The notes below the pieces were generated by a model. It was not told the DNA's origin. It made no database searches and worked only from the letters and a program-made list of their open reading frames with translations. From the IMG/VR virus record IMGVR_UViG_3300043179_000079, positions 1,138 through 65,137 of that record: 64,000 bases of DNA, one strand, 5' to 3'. The DNA is from a virus. Shown in pieces: positions 1 through 8,731 of the stretch. Each line of letters begins with the position of its first letter. Within the stretch, counting starts at the first letter, position 1. A program made the translations under genes and the position numbers.

Positions 1-2
1 TC

Positions 3-167
3 CGCGTCAACGCCTACGAGGTGGTGTCGCGGGCGGTGGAGGAGGGGGTGGCCTACGGCTACAACCGGGCCCACAAGCACACCGCCCAGCCGACCGAGGA
101 GCATCTCCGGGAGCAGGTCGAGGCGGCTGTCATGAACGCCCTGTGCGAGGTCCTGGACTTCGGGTAG
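3..167 (+). CDS. hypothetical phage protein, 5'-partial
   Basis: Frame open from window edge (RVNAYEVVSRAVEEGVAYGYNRAHKH...LDFG*); GC3-rich codons. Confidence 0.75.
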   Translation, partial: RVNAYEVVSRAVEEGVAYGYNRAHKHTAQPTEEHLREQVEAAVMNALCEVLDFG

Positions 168-189
168 CGCGCGTGATAGAGGAGGACTC

Positions 190-678
190 ATGGACAAGCT
201 ACAGACGGTCGAGAGGGAGCTGCGGCGCGGCGTCGAGGCCGCCCTGGAGCGCGGGGGCTGCTACCTGCGCACCAACCAGGACAGGGTGAGGGAGCACCAG
301 AGGCGGAGGGACGCCGGGGAGAACTTCTTTTCGGTCTTCGGAGACCAATCCTACTTCGGGGGGTGCGGCGGCCGGTGCCTGCTGTCGGCGTACCTCACCG
401 GGATCCTGAAGGAGCGGGCTCGCCTGCTGGATGGCGTCGTCCAGGATGAGGCGGCCAAGAGGCTCGGCGTGACCCTGGCCCAGGCCGTGGCGCTGGAGTA
501 CGGGTACGAGGGGGCGGACTGCATGGCCAACACGGGCGCCATCAGGTCCGACGGGCAGGAGCCCTCCGTCTACGCACCGAACGGCCCCATCCCCCAGGAA
601 CAGATCCTCCCCGAGCTGCTCCCCTACGTCGAGCTGGGGCGCCGCCTCCGAGCCGACTACTACGACGCGGCGTCGTGA
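190..678 (+). CDS. hypothetical protein (paralog of 14910..15275)
   Basis: GGAGGA SD; shares F.G.GG.CLL, EAA..LG.T...A..LE..Y and Y.LGRRLR.DY with 14910..15275. Confidence 0.8.
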   Translation: MDKLQTVERELRRGVEAALERGGCYLRTNQDRVREHQRRRDAGENFFSVFGDQSYFGGCGGRCLLSAYLTGILKERARLLDGVVQDEAAKRLGVTLAQAVALEYGYEGADCMANTGAIRSDGQEPSVYAPNGPIPQEQILPELLPYVELGRRLRADYYDAAS

Positions 679-694
679 GCTTCGAGGCCGTTGA

Positions 695-1108
695 ATGACG
701 GGGATGCGCTTCTGCCAGGGCAAGGGCTGCGACCACCTCGCGGCGCCGGGCAAGAAGACGTGCCGCGAGCACCTGGCGAAGGCCAGGAGCGGGTGGGCTC
801 GACGCGTGGGCGAGCGCGTCGCCATGGGCGCCTGCATCTCGTGCCTGCGCCCCCCGGTCGAGGGCGAGCTGAGGTGCGCCCTCCACAAGTCCAGGAACCG
901 GGTCAAGAGCCTGCGCTGGAACATCTCCCACCCCGAGCACACCGCGGTCAACTGGGAGAAGCAGAAGGTCCTGCGAGACGCGGGCGTGTGCCCTAGCTGC
1001 GCCGAGCACCGTCCCCTGCCGACCGGGTTCAGGAGGTGCGACCCCTGCCGGGCGCGGAGGCGCGCCCGCGAGGCGGGGGGCGCGGCCCCCGGGGCGGACG
1101 GCCCCTGA
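695..1108 (+). CDS. Cys-rich zinc-finger protein
   Basis: Multiple CxxC/CxxH pairs; stop overlaps next ATG (TGATG). Confidence 0.7.
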   Translation: MTGMRFCQGKGCDHLAAPGKKTCREHLAKARSGWARRVGERVAMGACISCLRPPVEGELRCALHKSRNRVKSLRWNISHPEHTAVNWEKQKVLRDAGVCPSCAEHRPLPTGFRRCDPCRARRRAREAGGAAPGADGP

Positions 1109-1457
1109 TGCCGGCGGCCGCGCCGCGCCCGCGGCGCTCCTTCGTCAGGTGGGGGGGCGGCCAGGTCCCCGAGCCCGGACGGGCCGGGCCTCCGCTACCA
1201 CCTGATCGACGGGTCGGGGCCCAGGCCGGCTCGCCTACGCCAACCTGGGGAAGGCCGAGTTCTACCGGAGGCTCCGCGCCCTCGGGGTGGGGCGGATGCC
1301 TCGGCCGGCCTACCGCCGCGGCCGCGTTGCCCTCTTCCTCGGTCCCCCGGGCGGGTCGGTGCCGGTGGTTCGGGGCGTGCGCATGCGCTCGACGTGGCCG
1401 ACGTGGCCGAGCAAGCCGAACGGGGCTTGCGAGAGGGCCCCAGAGAGGGTAGGGTAG
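1108..1457 (+). pseudogene. probable frameshifted hypothetical gene
   Basis: Coding-like segments (GLRYHLIDG; LAYANLGKAEFYRRLRALG) lie in different frames after ATG 1108. Confidence 0.35.
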
Positions 1458-1461
1458 CTCC

Positions 1462-2493
1462 ATGAGCCAGGAGCGCAGCGTCAGGGTGGTGCGGGTCGGC
1501 CCCGTGCACAGGCACGAGAACGCGGACACTCTGTCTATCACGCTCGTGGAGGGGGGCTACCCGGTGGTCTTCCGCACGGGCGAGTTCAACGAGGGCGACC
1601 TGGCCGCCTACGTCCCGGTGGACAGCGTGGTGCCGGACACCGAGCAGTGGGCCTTCCTCAAGGGCCACCGCCGCATCAGGGCGAAGAAGCTGCGCGGCAC
1701 CTTCAGCATGGGGATGCTGGCGCCCCTGCCCCACCGGGCTGGCCAGGACTGCGCGGAGGAGGCCGAGGCGGCCCACGTGTGCTTCGGGTACGACGAGGGG
1801 CAGGACATCACCGCGGCCATGGGCGTCGTGCCCTACGAGCCCCCCATGAAGTCCATGCTCGTCAACACCTACAACGAGCCCGACCCCGGCTTCCTGCCCC
1901 GGTACACCGACATCGAGGGCCTGCGCCGCTACCAGGACGTCCTGGTGCTGGGCGAGGAGGTGGTCATCACCGAGAAGATCCACGGCGCCAACATGCGCGT
2001 GGCGCAGCGCGACGGCCGGCTCTGGGTGGGGTCTCACAACTGCTTCAAGAAGCCGCCGGTCGAGGGCGGCCCGGTGGACATCTGGTGGCGAACGGCCAGG
2101 GAGATCGGGGTCGAGGGGCGCCTCGACGACGGGTACGCCCTGTACGGGGAGGTCTACGGCCGGGTGCAGGACCTGGGGTACGGGGTCGAGGAGCTGGCCT
2201 TCAGGGGCTTCGACGTCATGGACCTGTCCACGGGCCGGTACTTCGACTACCACGAGCAGACCGTCTGCCTGCAGAACCTGGGCGTGGAGGGCGCCCCCGT
2301 CCTCTACCGCGGGCCCTGGCTGGGCATGGAGGCCCACGCCGCCCTGGCCGAGGGCCCGAGCACGCTCTACCCCGGGCACGTCCGGGAGGGCTTCGTGGTG
2401 CGGCCCGTCAAGGAGCGCTACGACCACCGGGTCGGGAGAGTAATCTTGAAACTGCATGGGCAAAATTTTCTATTGCGAAAAGGGACCGAATGA
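1462..2493 (+). CDS. RNA ligase, Rnl2-like/DRB0094 family, with N-terminal OB-like domain
   Basis: Motif I EKIHGAN, motif III GEVYG, F..FDV, EGFVVRP, terminal LK; N-terminal H.NADTL. Confidence 0.9.
   Translation: MSQERSVRVVRVGPVHRHENADTLSITLVEGGYPVVFRTGEFNEGDLAAYVPVDSVVPDTEQWAFLKGHRRIRAKKLRGTFSMGMLAPLPHRAGQDCAEEAEAAHVCFGYDEGQDITAAMGVVPYEPPMKSMLVNTYNEPDPGFLPRYTDIEGLRRYQDVLVLGEEVVITEKIHGANMRVAQRDGRLWVGSHNCFKKPPVEGGPVDIWWRTAREIGVEGRLDDGYALYGEVYGRVQDLGYGVEELAFRGFDVMDLSTGRYFDYHEQTVCLQNLGVEGAPVLYRGPWLGMEAHAALAEGPSTLYPGHVREGFVVRPVKERYDHRVGRVILKLHGQNFLLRKGTE
2441..2447 (+). promoter_or_regulatory. candidate late-promoter box TAATCTT
   Basis: 8 nt upstream of HNH ATG 2456. Confidence 0.5.
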
Positions 2494-2965
2494 CCTATGG
2501 GAGTGCACTGTCTGCCACGAACAGAAGCCACTCGACGCCTTCTACTTGAACAAGAAGGGCAAGTACAAAGGCCATCGAACTTACGGGTCATGCAAACCCT
2601 GCATCGCCGAGAGGGTAAAGACCAACCCCAACAGACAGTTGTGGGCGAAACGTTACACAGAAACCCATCGAGAGGAGAATCGAGCAAGGAGTCGTGCACG
2701 GAATTTGCGTCTGCGCAATCAGATCCTGGACCACTACGGACGAAGATGTCGTTGCTGTGGAGAGACCGAGGAGGCCTTTCTAGCCCTCGACCACGTCAAC
2801 GGCGGGGGGAACAAGCACAGAAGAGAGATAAAGGGTGGACATTCCTCCGTGTACTACTGGGTCATCACCCACAATTTTCCGAAGGATTTTCAAATCTTGT
2901 GCCACAACTGTAACGTCGCTAAGGGTAATCGAGGCCTGTGTCCTCACCAGGGAAGGGTAGATTAG
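2456..2965 (+). CDS. HNH homing endonuclease
   Basis: N-terminal CxxC zinc fingers; CRCCG...LDHVNGGG...LCHNCN; AT-rich relative to flanks; overlaps ligase 3' end by 38 nt. Confidence 0.85.
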   Translation: MGKIFYCEKGPNDLWECTVCHEQKPLDAFYLNKKGKYKGHRTYGSCKPCIAERVKTNPNRQLWAKRYTETHREENRARSRARNLRLRNQILDHYGRRCRCCGETEEAFLALDHVNGGGNKHRREIKGGHSSVYYWVITHNFPKDFQILCHNCNVAKGNRGLCPHQGRVD

Positions 2966-2969
2966 ACGC

Positions 2970-3146
2970 ATGGCAATAAAGATGATAGTCCTCCTGCCCG
3001 GCGAAGGAGACCACCCCGGAGTAGGGGTCCGGCTACACGACCCGGGGTGGTACCACTACGACGAGACGTGGGGGTACGTGCACGGCCCGTTCGCCACCCC
3101 GGAGGCCGCCGAGGAGGCCTGCCGGCGGTACGCGGAGTCCCTATGA
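2970..3146 (+). CDS. small hypothetical protein (58 aa, not in ORF track)
   Basis: MAIKMIV...GWYHYDETWGYVHGPFATPEAAEEACRRYAESL*; ATGA overlap with next gene. Confidence 0.7.
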   Translation: MAIKMIVLLPGEGDHPGVGVRLHDPGWYHYDETWGYVHGPFATPEAAEEACRRYAESL

Positions 3147-3352
3147 GGGGCGCCGCCGTATTCCTGGCCGCCGTCCTGATGACGCTGATCGTCGGGACCA
3201 TGCTGACCCGCCTGGCCGCCTCGGCCGGCGCGCCCCCGGCGGCTCCCGCCGCGACGGGTGGATGGCAGGAAGCCCCCCACGCCTGCCCGCGCTGCGGCGG
3301 CCCCGCCTACGTCGGATTCGCGTCCACCGAGTGCCAGCGCGGGCGCTCCTAG
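3143..3352 (+). CDS. membrane-anchored zinc-ribbon protein
   Basis: N-terminal hydrophobic helix; CPRCG...C. Confidence 0.6.
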   Translation: MRGAAVFLAAVLMTLIVGTMLTRLAASAGAPPAAPAATGGWQEAPHACPRCGGPAYVGFASTECQRGRS

Positions 3353-3357
3353 CCGCC

Positions 3358-3807
3358 GTGGCCGGCCTGCCCGTCCTCCAGCCCCGCTCCTGCGGCCGCT
3401 GCACCGCCTGCTGCACCGTCATGGAGGTGCGCGAGCTGGGCAAGCCCCCGGGGACGCCCTGCCCCCACCTGGACCGGGAGCGCCCGGGCTGCGGGCGGTA
3501 CGAGACCAGGCCCGCCTCGTGCCGGGCGTACGCCTGCCTATGGCTGGGGGAGACCCAGGGCCTGCTCCGCAACATGGAGCGCCCGGACCAGCTCGGGGTG
3601 ATGTTCAACTCCCCGGGGGGCGACCACCCGCTGCGCGGCTGCGTGTACGCCTACGAGGTCCGGCCCGGGGGCTACGCCGAGGCCGAGCGGGCCATCGAGC
3701 GCCTGGCCCGCGGGGCCGTGGTGGTGCTGCCCCAGCCCGGCGGCCGCCTGGTGTTACGGGGGCCGCCGGAGCTGGTAGAGCGGGCTCGTCGGATCGCGAC
3801 GACCTAA
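3358..3807 (+). CDS. YkgJ-like Cys-cluster (Zn/Fe-chelating) protein
   Basis: CGRCTACC...CPHL...CGRYETRPASCRAYAC; GTG start chosen just after upstream stop. Confidence 0.75.
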   Translation: MAGLPVLQPRSCGRCTACCTVMEVRELGKPPGTPCPHLDRERPGCGRYETRPASCRAYACLWLGETQGLLRNMERPDQLGVMFNSPGGDHPLRGCVYAYEVRPGGYAEAERAIERLARGAVVVLPQPGGRLVLRGPPELVERARRIATT

Positions 3808-3811
3808 GGGG

Positions 3812-3840
3812 TTGCAAGACCGTTTCGTGTTGTGTATAAG
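3812..3840 (+). promoter_or_regulatory. sigma70-type early promoter
   Basis: TTGCAA-N17-TATAAG. Confidence 0.75.
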
Positions 3841-3879
3841 AGAATCTGGCACTTCAACCAACAACAAAAGGAACACGCT

Positions 3880-5037
3880 ATGAGCAAGCCCACTTGGAAA
3901 TTCGTAAAGACCCAACCCGGACACCAGGTCGCCGTCTCCATCTCCATCCGAGAGTACATCCTGCTGGTTCAGCAGGATGTCATCAAGCCATGGGACGCCA
4001 ACCGAGAGGGCGACGGGTTCAACCGAGCGATCGAGGACCTCAAGAACGTCCCGTTCGACGTCCCGTCGATCGCCACGATCATCGCCTCCCAGCAGCCCGA
4101 CGGCACGCTCCTCCTGGCCGACGGGCACCGCCGCACCCAGATGATGCTCGAAAAGTACCGCGAGGCGGACCCCGACCTCACGAAGGTCCTGGACCGAAAC
4201 CTCTCGATCGAGGTCATCGACCCCAGCGACCACGCGCGGGTGTACGCCAACCACTGCCAGTCCAAGCCCCACGTGGACAGCGAGAAGATCCAGAACCCCT
4301 TCCTCGCCCTCGGCGCCGCGGTGCGGCGCCTGACGGAGAAGGCGGGGGTGGAGCTGGACGAGTCCAAGCTCCGGGTGCTCGGCGACCTGCTGGTCGCCAT
4401 GAACCGGAACGAGGGGGAGCCGGTCACGTTCTCGAACTACGTGGCCTCCCACACCCCGGCCAGGGAGTACCTCAACCAGGCGGAGAGCGACGGGGCGGTC
4501 CCGTACGACTCCGAGGACGCGGAACTCCTGGTCGAGGCGCTGCGGTTCTACCAGGCGTACGTGAACGCGGTCCTCGCCCTGGTGCCCCACGACGAGAACG
4601 GGTACCCCCGAACCGACAAGAACTTCCGCCTGTTCCGAAACTCCTCCCACATCTTCAAGGCGGTCATGCTGGACCAGCTCGGTCGGGGGTACCTCAGCAG
4701 CATCAAGCTGAAGACCCTCGCCGAGCGGACCGCCAGCCAGATCATGGCCGTGGTCGCCCTCGCCAGGTCCCTGACGTTCGGCAGCCGCCGGAAGACCAAC
4801 TTCCGGGACCTCTTCCGGCAGATGGGGCTGTGCGCCGGGGACGCCGAGATGGCCTCCAACGCCTGCAACCCGTACGAGGTCTCCTACCGGGACGCCCCTC
4901 CCGCCGCCCAGCTCATCCGCCTCGCGCCGCGCAAGATCACGGCCCGGACGAAGAAGAACAAGCGCGTGGAGCCCGGGGCCGTGAACGTCGGCGCCGCTCT
5001 GGCGACGGCGGCCCGGGAGACGACGGACACGAACTAG
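3880..5037 (+). CDS. ParB/DUF262-like N-terminal domain protein
   Basis: PSI...LLLADGHRRT motif; AAGGAA SD before ATG 3880. Confidence 0.7.
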   Translation: MSKPTWKFVKTQPGHQVAVSISIREYILLVQQDVIKPWDANREGDGFNRAIEDLKNVPFDVPSIATIIASQQPDGTLLLADGHRRTQMMLEKYREADPDLTKVLDRNLSIEVIDPSDHARVYANHCQSKPHVDSEKIQNPFLALGAAVRRLTEKAGVELDESKLRVLGDLLVAMNRNEGEPVTFSNYVASHTPAREYLNQAESDGAVPYDSEDAELLVEALRFYQAYVNAVLALVPHDENGYPRTDKNFRLFRNSSHIFKAVMLDQLGRGYLSSIKLKTLAERTASQIMAVVALARSLTFGSRRKTNFRDLFRQMGLCAGDAEMASNACNPYEVSYRDAPPAAQLIRLAPRKITARTKKNKRVEPGAVNVGAALATAARETTDTN

Positions 5038-5126
5038 GGCGCCGCCGAGAAGAACCAGGCCACCAGGGCGGCCAGCAGGCCGATCCAGAACAGGTGGCCC
5101 CAGGGGAAGCCGTCCCAGGCCCTCAC
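5034..5126 (-). CDS. 30-aa single-TM protein
   Basis: MRAWDGFPWGHLFWIGLLAALVAWFFSAAP*; GTGA overlap with upstream gene. Confidence 0.5.
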   Translation of the reverse strand: MRAWDGFPWGHLFWIGLLAALVAWFFSAAP

Positions 5127-5533
5127 GCGGACGGCCCCTCCCCGCACCGCCCCCGGGGGATGGGCAGGCCCAGGATCCTGGCCCCGCCCTCCCCGTCGGG
5201 CCCCACCCCGACCGCCAGCCAGTCCCGGCACCGCAGGCACTCCGCCATGGCGACGGCGGCCGCGGCGCGTACCCGCCCGCCCCCGTCCGGCCCCAGGCGG
5301 GCCCCCTCCACGGCGTCCCGCATCTCGACCACGTCCGTGGCGTGGCCCTGGGCCCCCCAGGCCGCCCCGGCCGCGGCCACCGCCGCCCGGTAGGGCATGG
5401 AGACGGCCCGCCGGCACGGCTGCCCGCACCGCTCGCAGCCCGGGCACCTCGGCAGGCCGTCCAGGCCCAGCGCCTGCGCGTACGTGGGCCTGAGGTCGAT
5501 GCCGCAGCACGCACAGCGGGTCGCGTCTCCCAC
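5123..5533 (-). CDS. zinc-finger protein
   Basis: CACC, CPGC, CGQPC, CLRC; GTG start 7 nt after CAATCTT box. Confidence 0.65.
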   Translation of the reverse strand: MGDATRCACCGIDLRPTYAQALGLDGLPRCPGCERCGQPCRRAVSMPYRAAVAAAGAAWGAQGHATDVVEMRDAVEGARLGPDGGGRVRAAAAVAMAECLRCRDWLAVGVGPDGEGGARILGLPIPRGRCGEGPSA

Positions 5534-5540
5534 GGGGGAG

Positions 5541-5547
5541 AAGATTG
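5541..5547 (-). promoter_or_regulatory. candidate late-promoter box CAATCTT
   Basis: 7 nt upstream of GTG 5533. Confidence 0.6.
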
Positions 5548-5583
5548 ACCCCCAGGGGCGACGCCCCGCGTCGGAGCCGGCCC

Positions 5584-5613
5584 TTGACACGCCCCGGCCG
5601 GCCGGCGTAGGGT
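5584..5613 (+). promoter_or_regulatory. sigma70-type promoter, leaderless
   Basis: TTGACA-N18-TAGGGT, 6 nt before ATG 5620. Confidence 0.65.
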
Positions 5614-5619
5614 AGGGAC

Positions 5620-5802
5620 ATGAGAGACACCGTCCTGTACGTGGTCAGGGTGGCGGCCGTGCCCTCCGGGGCGGCCGCCGGGTTCTTCGTCGGCGCGCCC
5701 TTCGTCGGCGCGCCCTACGGCGGGGCGGCGGCCCTCCTCGGCATCCTGGTAGGGGGCGGGCTCGCGTTCCTCGGGCTCTGGATCGCGGAGAACCTGGGCT
5801 GA
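5620..5802 (+). CDS. small two-TM membrane protein
   Basis: Gly/Ala/Leu-rich hydrophobic 60 aa. Confidence 0.7.
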   Translation: MRDTVLYVVRVAAVPSGAAAGFFVGAPFVGAPYGGAAALLGILVGGGLAFLGLWIAENLG

Positions 5803-6068
5803 TGGCCTCCCCTCGGCGGATCAGGCTCTTCTCCATGACCGTGGTCGCGGGGGCCGTCGGGCAAACCGCCGACACCCTCCTCATCCTCCAGAACCACCGT
5901 AGCCTCCTGGGGCTCGTCTGGGCCTACCTCAGGCTCCGGCTCGGGCGGGGGCGCGAGGTGGCGCCCGGGGTCACGGCCGGGAACAGCGGCACCGAGGACA
6001 TGTTCCGGGAGGCGGCCGTCGAGGCCAGGCTGGGCCGGGCGTTCAAAGCCGACGGCAAGGCGAACTAG
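5802..6068 (+). CDS. hypothetical protein
   Basis: TGATG coupling; codon bias. Confidence 0.65.
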   Translation: MASPRRIRLFSMTVVAGAVGQTADTLLILQNHRSLLGLVWAYLRLRLGRGREVAPGVTAGNSGTEDMFREAAVEARLGRAFKADGKAN

Positions 6069-6069
6069 G

Positions 6070-6429
6070 ATGCGCCGCGTCCTGTTCCTCGACGACAGCC
6101 GGGAGCGACACGACTTCGTGGACGCCCTCTTCCGCCAGGTGGGCGGGGAGGGGTGCTCGGTTCGCCACTGCTACCGGGCGGCCGACGCCGTCAACGCCCT
6201 GGCGTCGGAGGGGCCGTTCGACTGCGTGTTCCTGGACCACGACCTGGAGCAGGCCGACCCGGACGAGACCGGGATGGCGGTGGCGGCGTACATCGCCGAC
6301 CACCTCCCGCGCGACCGGGCCCCGGGCGAGGTGGTCGTCCACTCCTGGAACCCGACGGGGGCGCTGCGGATGGAGCAGGCCCTCAGGGAGGCGGGGGTGC
6401 CGGTGCGGCGCGTCCCGTTCGGGGGGTAG
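6070..6429 (+). CDS. cyclic-phosphate-processing receiver-like domain protein
   Basis: LFLDD, VFLDHDL, VHSWNP..A.RM motifs. Confidence 0.8.
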   Translation: MRRVLFLDDSRERHDFVDALFRQVGGEGCSVRHCYRAADAVNALASEGPFDCVFLDHDLEQADPDETGMAVAAYIADHLPRDRAPGEVVVHSWNPTGALRMEQALREAGVPVRRVPFGG

Positions 6430-6439
6430 GCAACAGGCC

Positions 6440-6931
6440 GTGGGGGCGATGATTGACTCTATGGAGGCCGACATGAGCATCAGCCAGAAGAGGGCGGACG
6501 AGGTCGAGGAGCTGCTGGAGCACGAGATCCTGAGGTTCGTGCAGGGGGGCGGCACGTTCAACGGGAACGCCCTCCCGATCGGCCCCCGCGTAGGCGCGCC
6601 CTGGAAGGTGAGGTTTGACAGGTGCCAGGCGTGTGCCGTGGGAGCCTACCTAGTGAACCGCGCCGTTCGTCACACGCGGACGGCGTGCGCCGACTTCGCC
6701 AAAGAGGTCGGAGTGTCGAACGACTTCGCCGAGGGGGTCTATTACGGGGCGATACACGACTCCGGGGAGACCGACCCAAGCACGTGCGAGTGCGGGGATC
6801 AGATGGAACCCCACCCGAAGACCTCCGGCCACGAGCCATCCCCAATGACATCGTGCGTTTGCGGGCGCCCCGCGACGGACGAGTACCGCCGCCAGGTGAA
6901 CGAGGCTCTGGACGACTCCAAGGGCGGCTAG
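6440..6931 (+). CDS. hypothetical protein (start uncertain)
   Basis: ORF with codon bias; CQACAVGAYL and Cys-rich C-terminus; weak similarity to 190..678. Confidence 0.65.
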   Translation: MGAMIDSMEADMSISQKRADEVEELLEHEILRFVQGGGTFNGNALPIGPRVGAPWKVRFDRCQACAVGAYLVNRAVRHTRTACADFAKEVGVSNDFAEGVYYGAIHDSGETDPSTCECGDQMEPHPKTSGHEPSPMTSCVCGRPATDEYRRQVNEALDDSKGG

Positions 6932-6932
6932 G

Positions 6933-7214
6933 GTGCACCCCCACGGCGGCTACAAGCGGGTCTGGCCCGAGGACGCCTACCGGCTGTCCAGGTCGGGGGC
7001 CAAGCGCGCCGCAGAGCGGGAGCGGGAGGAGCCGCGACACCGGTCGAGCAAGGACACCAAGAGGTGGTGCCGCGGGGTGGTCGGGCGGGAGCACGAGTGG
7101 GCCGACGCCGAGAGGAGGTACGGGCACCGGGTCGTGCTCTACATCCAGGCCTGCAGGAGGTGCCGCAAGGAGCGCGGCCGGGAGGCGGGCCGGCGGGCCC
7201 GGCGCCCCTCCTGA
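6933..7214 (+). CDS. basic hypothetical protein
   Basis: KDTKRWCRGVVGREH...CRRC. Confidence 0.65.
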   Translation: MHPHGGYKRVWPEDAYRLSRSGAKRAAEREREEPRHRSSKDTKRWCRGVVGREHEWADAERRYGHRVVLYIQACRRCRKERGREAGRRARRPS

Positions 7215-7242
7215 CGCCCCCTTACCCTTACGCTGATTTTCG

Positions 7243-7273
7243 TTGACATCGGAAAGCGCCAGGCGCGCATAGT
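7243..7273 (+). promoter_or_regulatory. sigma70-type early promoter
   Basis: TTTTCG-TTGACA-N19-CATAGT; spacer is long. Confidence 0.55.
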
Positions 7274-7301
7274 CGAGCCACCAACCAACAGGAGGTCCGA
7301 C

Positions 7302-7733
7302 ATGTCCACGCGCAGCGCCATCATCATCCAGACCGAGGACGGCTTCGAGGGGGTCTACTGCCACTCCGACGGCTACCCCGCCGGGGTGGGGAGGACCCTG
7401 CTGGACCACTACCAGGACCGCGACAAGGTCCGGCGCCTGGTGGCCCTGGGCGACCTCTCGTACCTGGAGGAGCGGGTCGAGCCGGACGGCTCCCGCCCCC
7501 ACAGCTTCGACGCGCCGCAGAGCGGGGTCACGGTGGCCTACGGCCGCGACCGGGGCGAGGACGGCGTTAAGACCAAGGGGGGCGCCACCCTCGCGGAGGT
7601 GGAGGACCGGATCGGCCACGACGGCCACGTCTACGTGTACTGCCTAAACGGTCACTGGGACCACAACGGGATACTCCTGGCCCGGGCCGTGGCGGCGGAC
7701 GAGTGGGCCGTGTCGGGCGCAGAGGAGGGCTGA
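7302..7733 (+). CDS. conserved phage hypothetical protein
   Basis: MSTRS.I...YCHSDGYP..VG..L..HY pattern; AGGAGG SD. Confidence 0.85.
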   Translation: MSTRSAIIIQTEDGFEGVYCHSDGYPAGVGRTLLDHYQDRDKVRRLVALGDLSYLEERVEPDGSRPHSFDAPQSGVTVAYGRDRGEDGVKTKGGATLAEVEDRIGHDGHVYVYCLNGHWDHNGILLARAVAADEWAVSGAEEG

Positions 7734-8114
7734 TGCGCTGGTACGTCAAGCTCCGCGTCCCCACATGCCTCCTGGACCGGCTGGCTGGGCGACGACGCCT
7801 CCAGGAGGGAGGCGGGCCTGGTGCCGGCCGCCGACGGGGGGAGGTGCTTCGTCATGAGGAGGGAGGCGGCCCGGCGCCTGCTGTGGCTCCTCCGCCGGCT
7901 GGACAGGGACGGCGCCCTCGGCCCCCGGGAGACGATCAGGTGCCGCCAGGTGCTCCACAACCTGCGCGCCGCCCTCGGGGACCGCGTGCAGGGCAGGAGC
8001 CCCAGGACCGGGGAGGTGTCGGTGGACGTGCAGCGCGGCATGCCGGGAAGGCGCCCGCCAGAGCAAGAAAGAGTTGACGCCCGGGACGTCCTGGGCGTAT
8101 GGTCGTCGCCATGA
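7733..8114 (+). pseudogene. hypothetical gene with +1 frameshift near 7762
   Basis: MRWYVKLRVP joins HASWTGWLGDD...(7821 frame) if one base is removed from CCCCACAT. Confidence 0.5.
8074..8103 (+). promoter_or_regulatory. sigma70-type promoter, leaderless
   Basis: TTGACG-N18-TATGGT, 7 nt before ATG 8111. Confidence 0.6.
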
Positions 8115-8341
8115 CCACCCCCTGCTTCGCCTGCCAGGGCCCGTACCACCCCGCCACGGGGCACGCCTTCTCGGAGGACGTGCTCTACTGCGGGCGGTGC
8201 ATCCGGCACTTCTACAAGTGGGTCCGGGGCCACACCAACCGGAGGTGGGGCGGGCACCTCCTCTACGAGGAGGCCCGCACCAGCGTGAGGGCCGGCGTCT
8301 GGCCGGTCGAGAAGGGCGAGACGAAGGAGGCGACGCCGTGA
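8111..8341 (+). CDS. zinc-binding hypothetical protein
   Basis: CFAC...CGRC. Confidence 0.75.
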   Translation: MTTPCFACQGPYHPATGHAFSEDVLYCGRCIRHFYKWVRGHTNRRWGGHLLYEEARTSVRAGVWPVEKGETKEATP

Positions 8342-8721
8342 CGGACCTCAAGAGGCTGGTGGGCCGCCGAATCTCGGACGTGGTCGAGCACGACGCCCAC
8401 GGCCCGTCCCTGGAGCTGGTCTTCGACGGCGGCGTTAGCCTGCACGTCGGGGAGGAGGACTCGTGCACGGGCCCCCACTACGCCTACAAGGGGACCAGGA
8501 TGTTCGTCGCGGTGGTCGAGGGCGCGGACTGGCTCCCGCCCGAGGCCGCCGCACGCCACCGGGTGGAGCGGGCGGCCGCCTACCTGTGCTGCTCCTCGAA
8601 GCCGTGCCGGAAGCACCTGGAGCAGGCCGAGGAGGTGGCGGCCATCCTGGGAGTGAGGGTCTTGACAAGCGGGGCCGGAGATGGTCCTATGGGCGGGCGT
8701 TCGGACAAGACACCAAAGTGA
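8338..8721 (+). CDS. hypothetical protein
   Basis: AAGGAGG SD; GTGA overlap. Confidence 0.7.
   Translation: MTDLKRLVGRRISDVVEHDAHGPSLELVFDGGVSLHVGEEDSCTGPHYAYKGTRMFVAVVEGADWLPPEAAARHRVERAAAYLCCSSKPCRKHLEQAEEVAAILGVRVLTSGAGDGPMGGRSDKTPK
8662..8690 (+). promoter_or_regulatory. possible sigma70 promoter
   Basis: TTGACA-N17-TCCTAT; weak -10. Confidence 0.4.
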
Positions 8722-8731
8722 AAGGTAAGAA

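Noticed and set aside
5686-5715. 15-bp tandem repeat (FVGAP x2)
   Set aside because: Two copies inside a TM-coding region; simple slippage duplication
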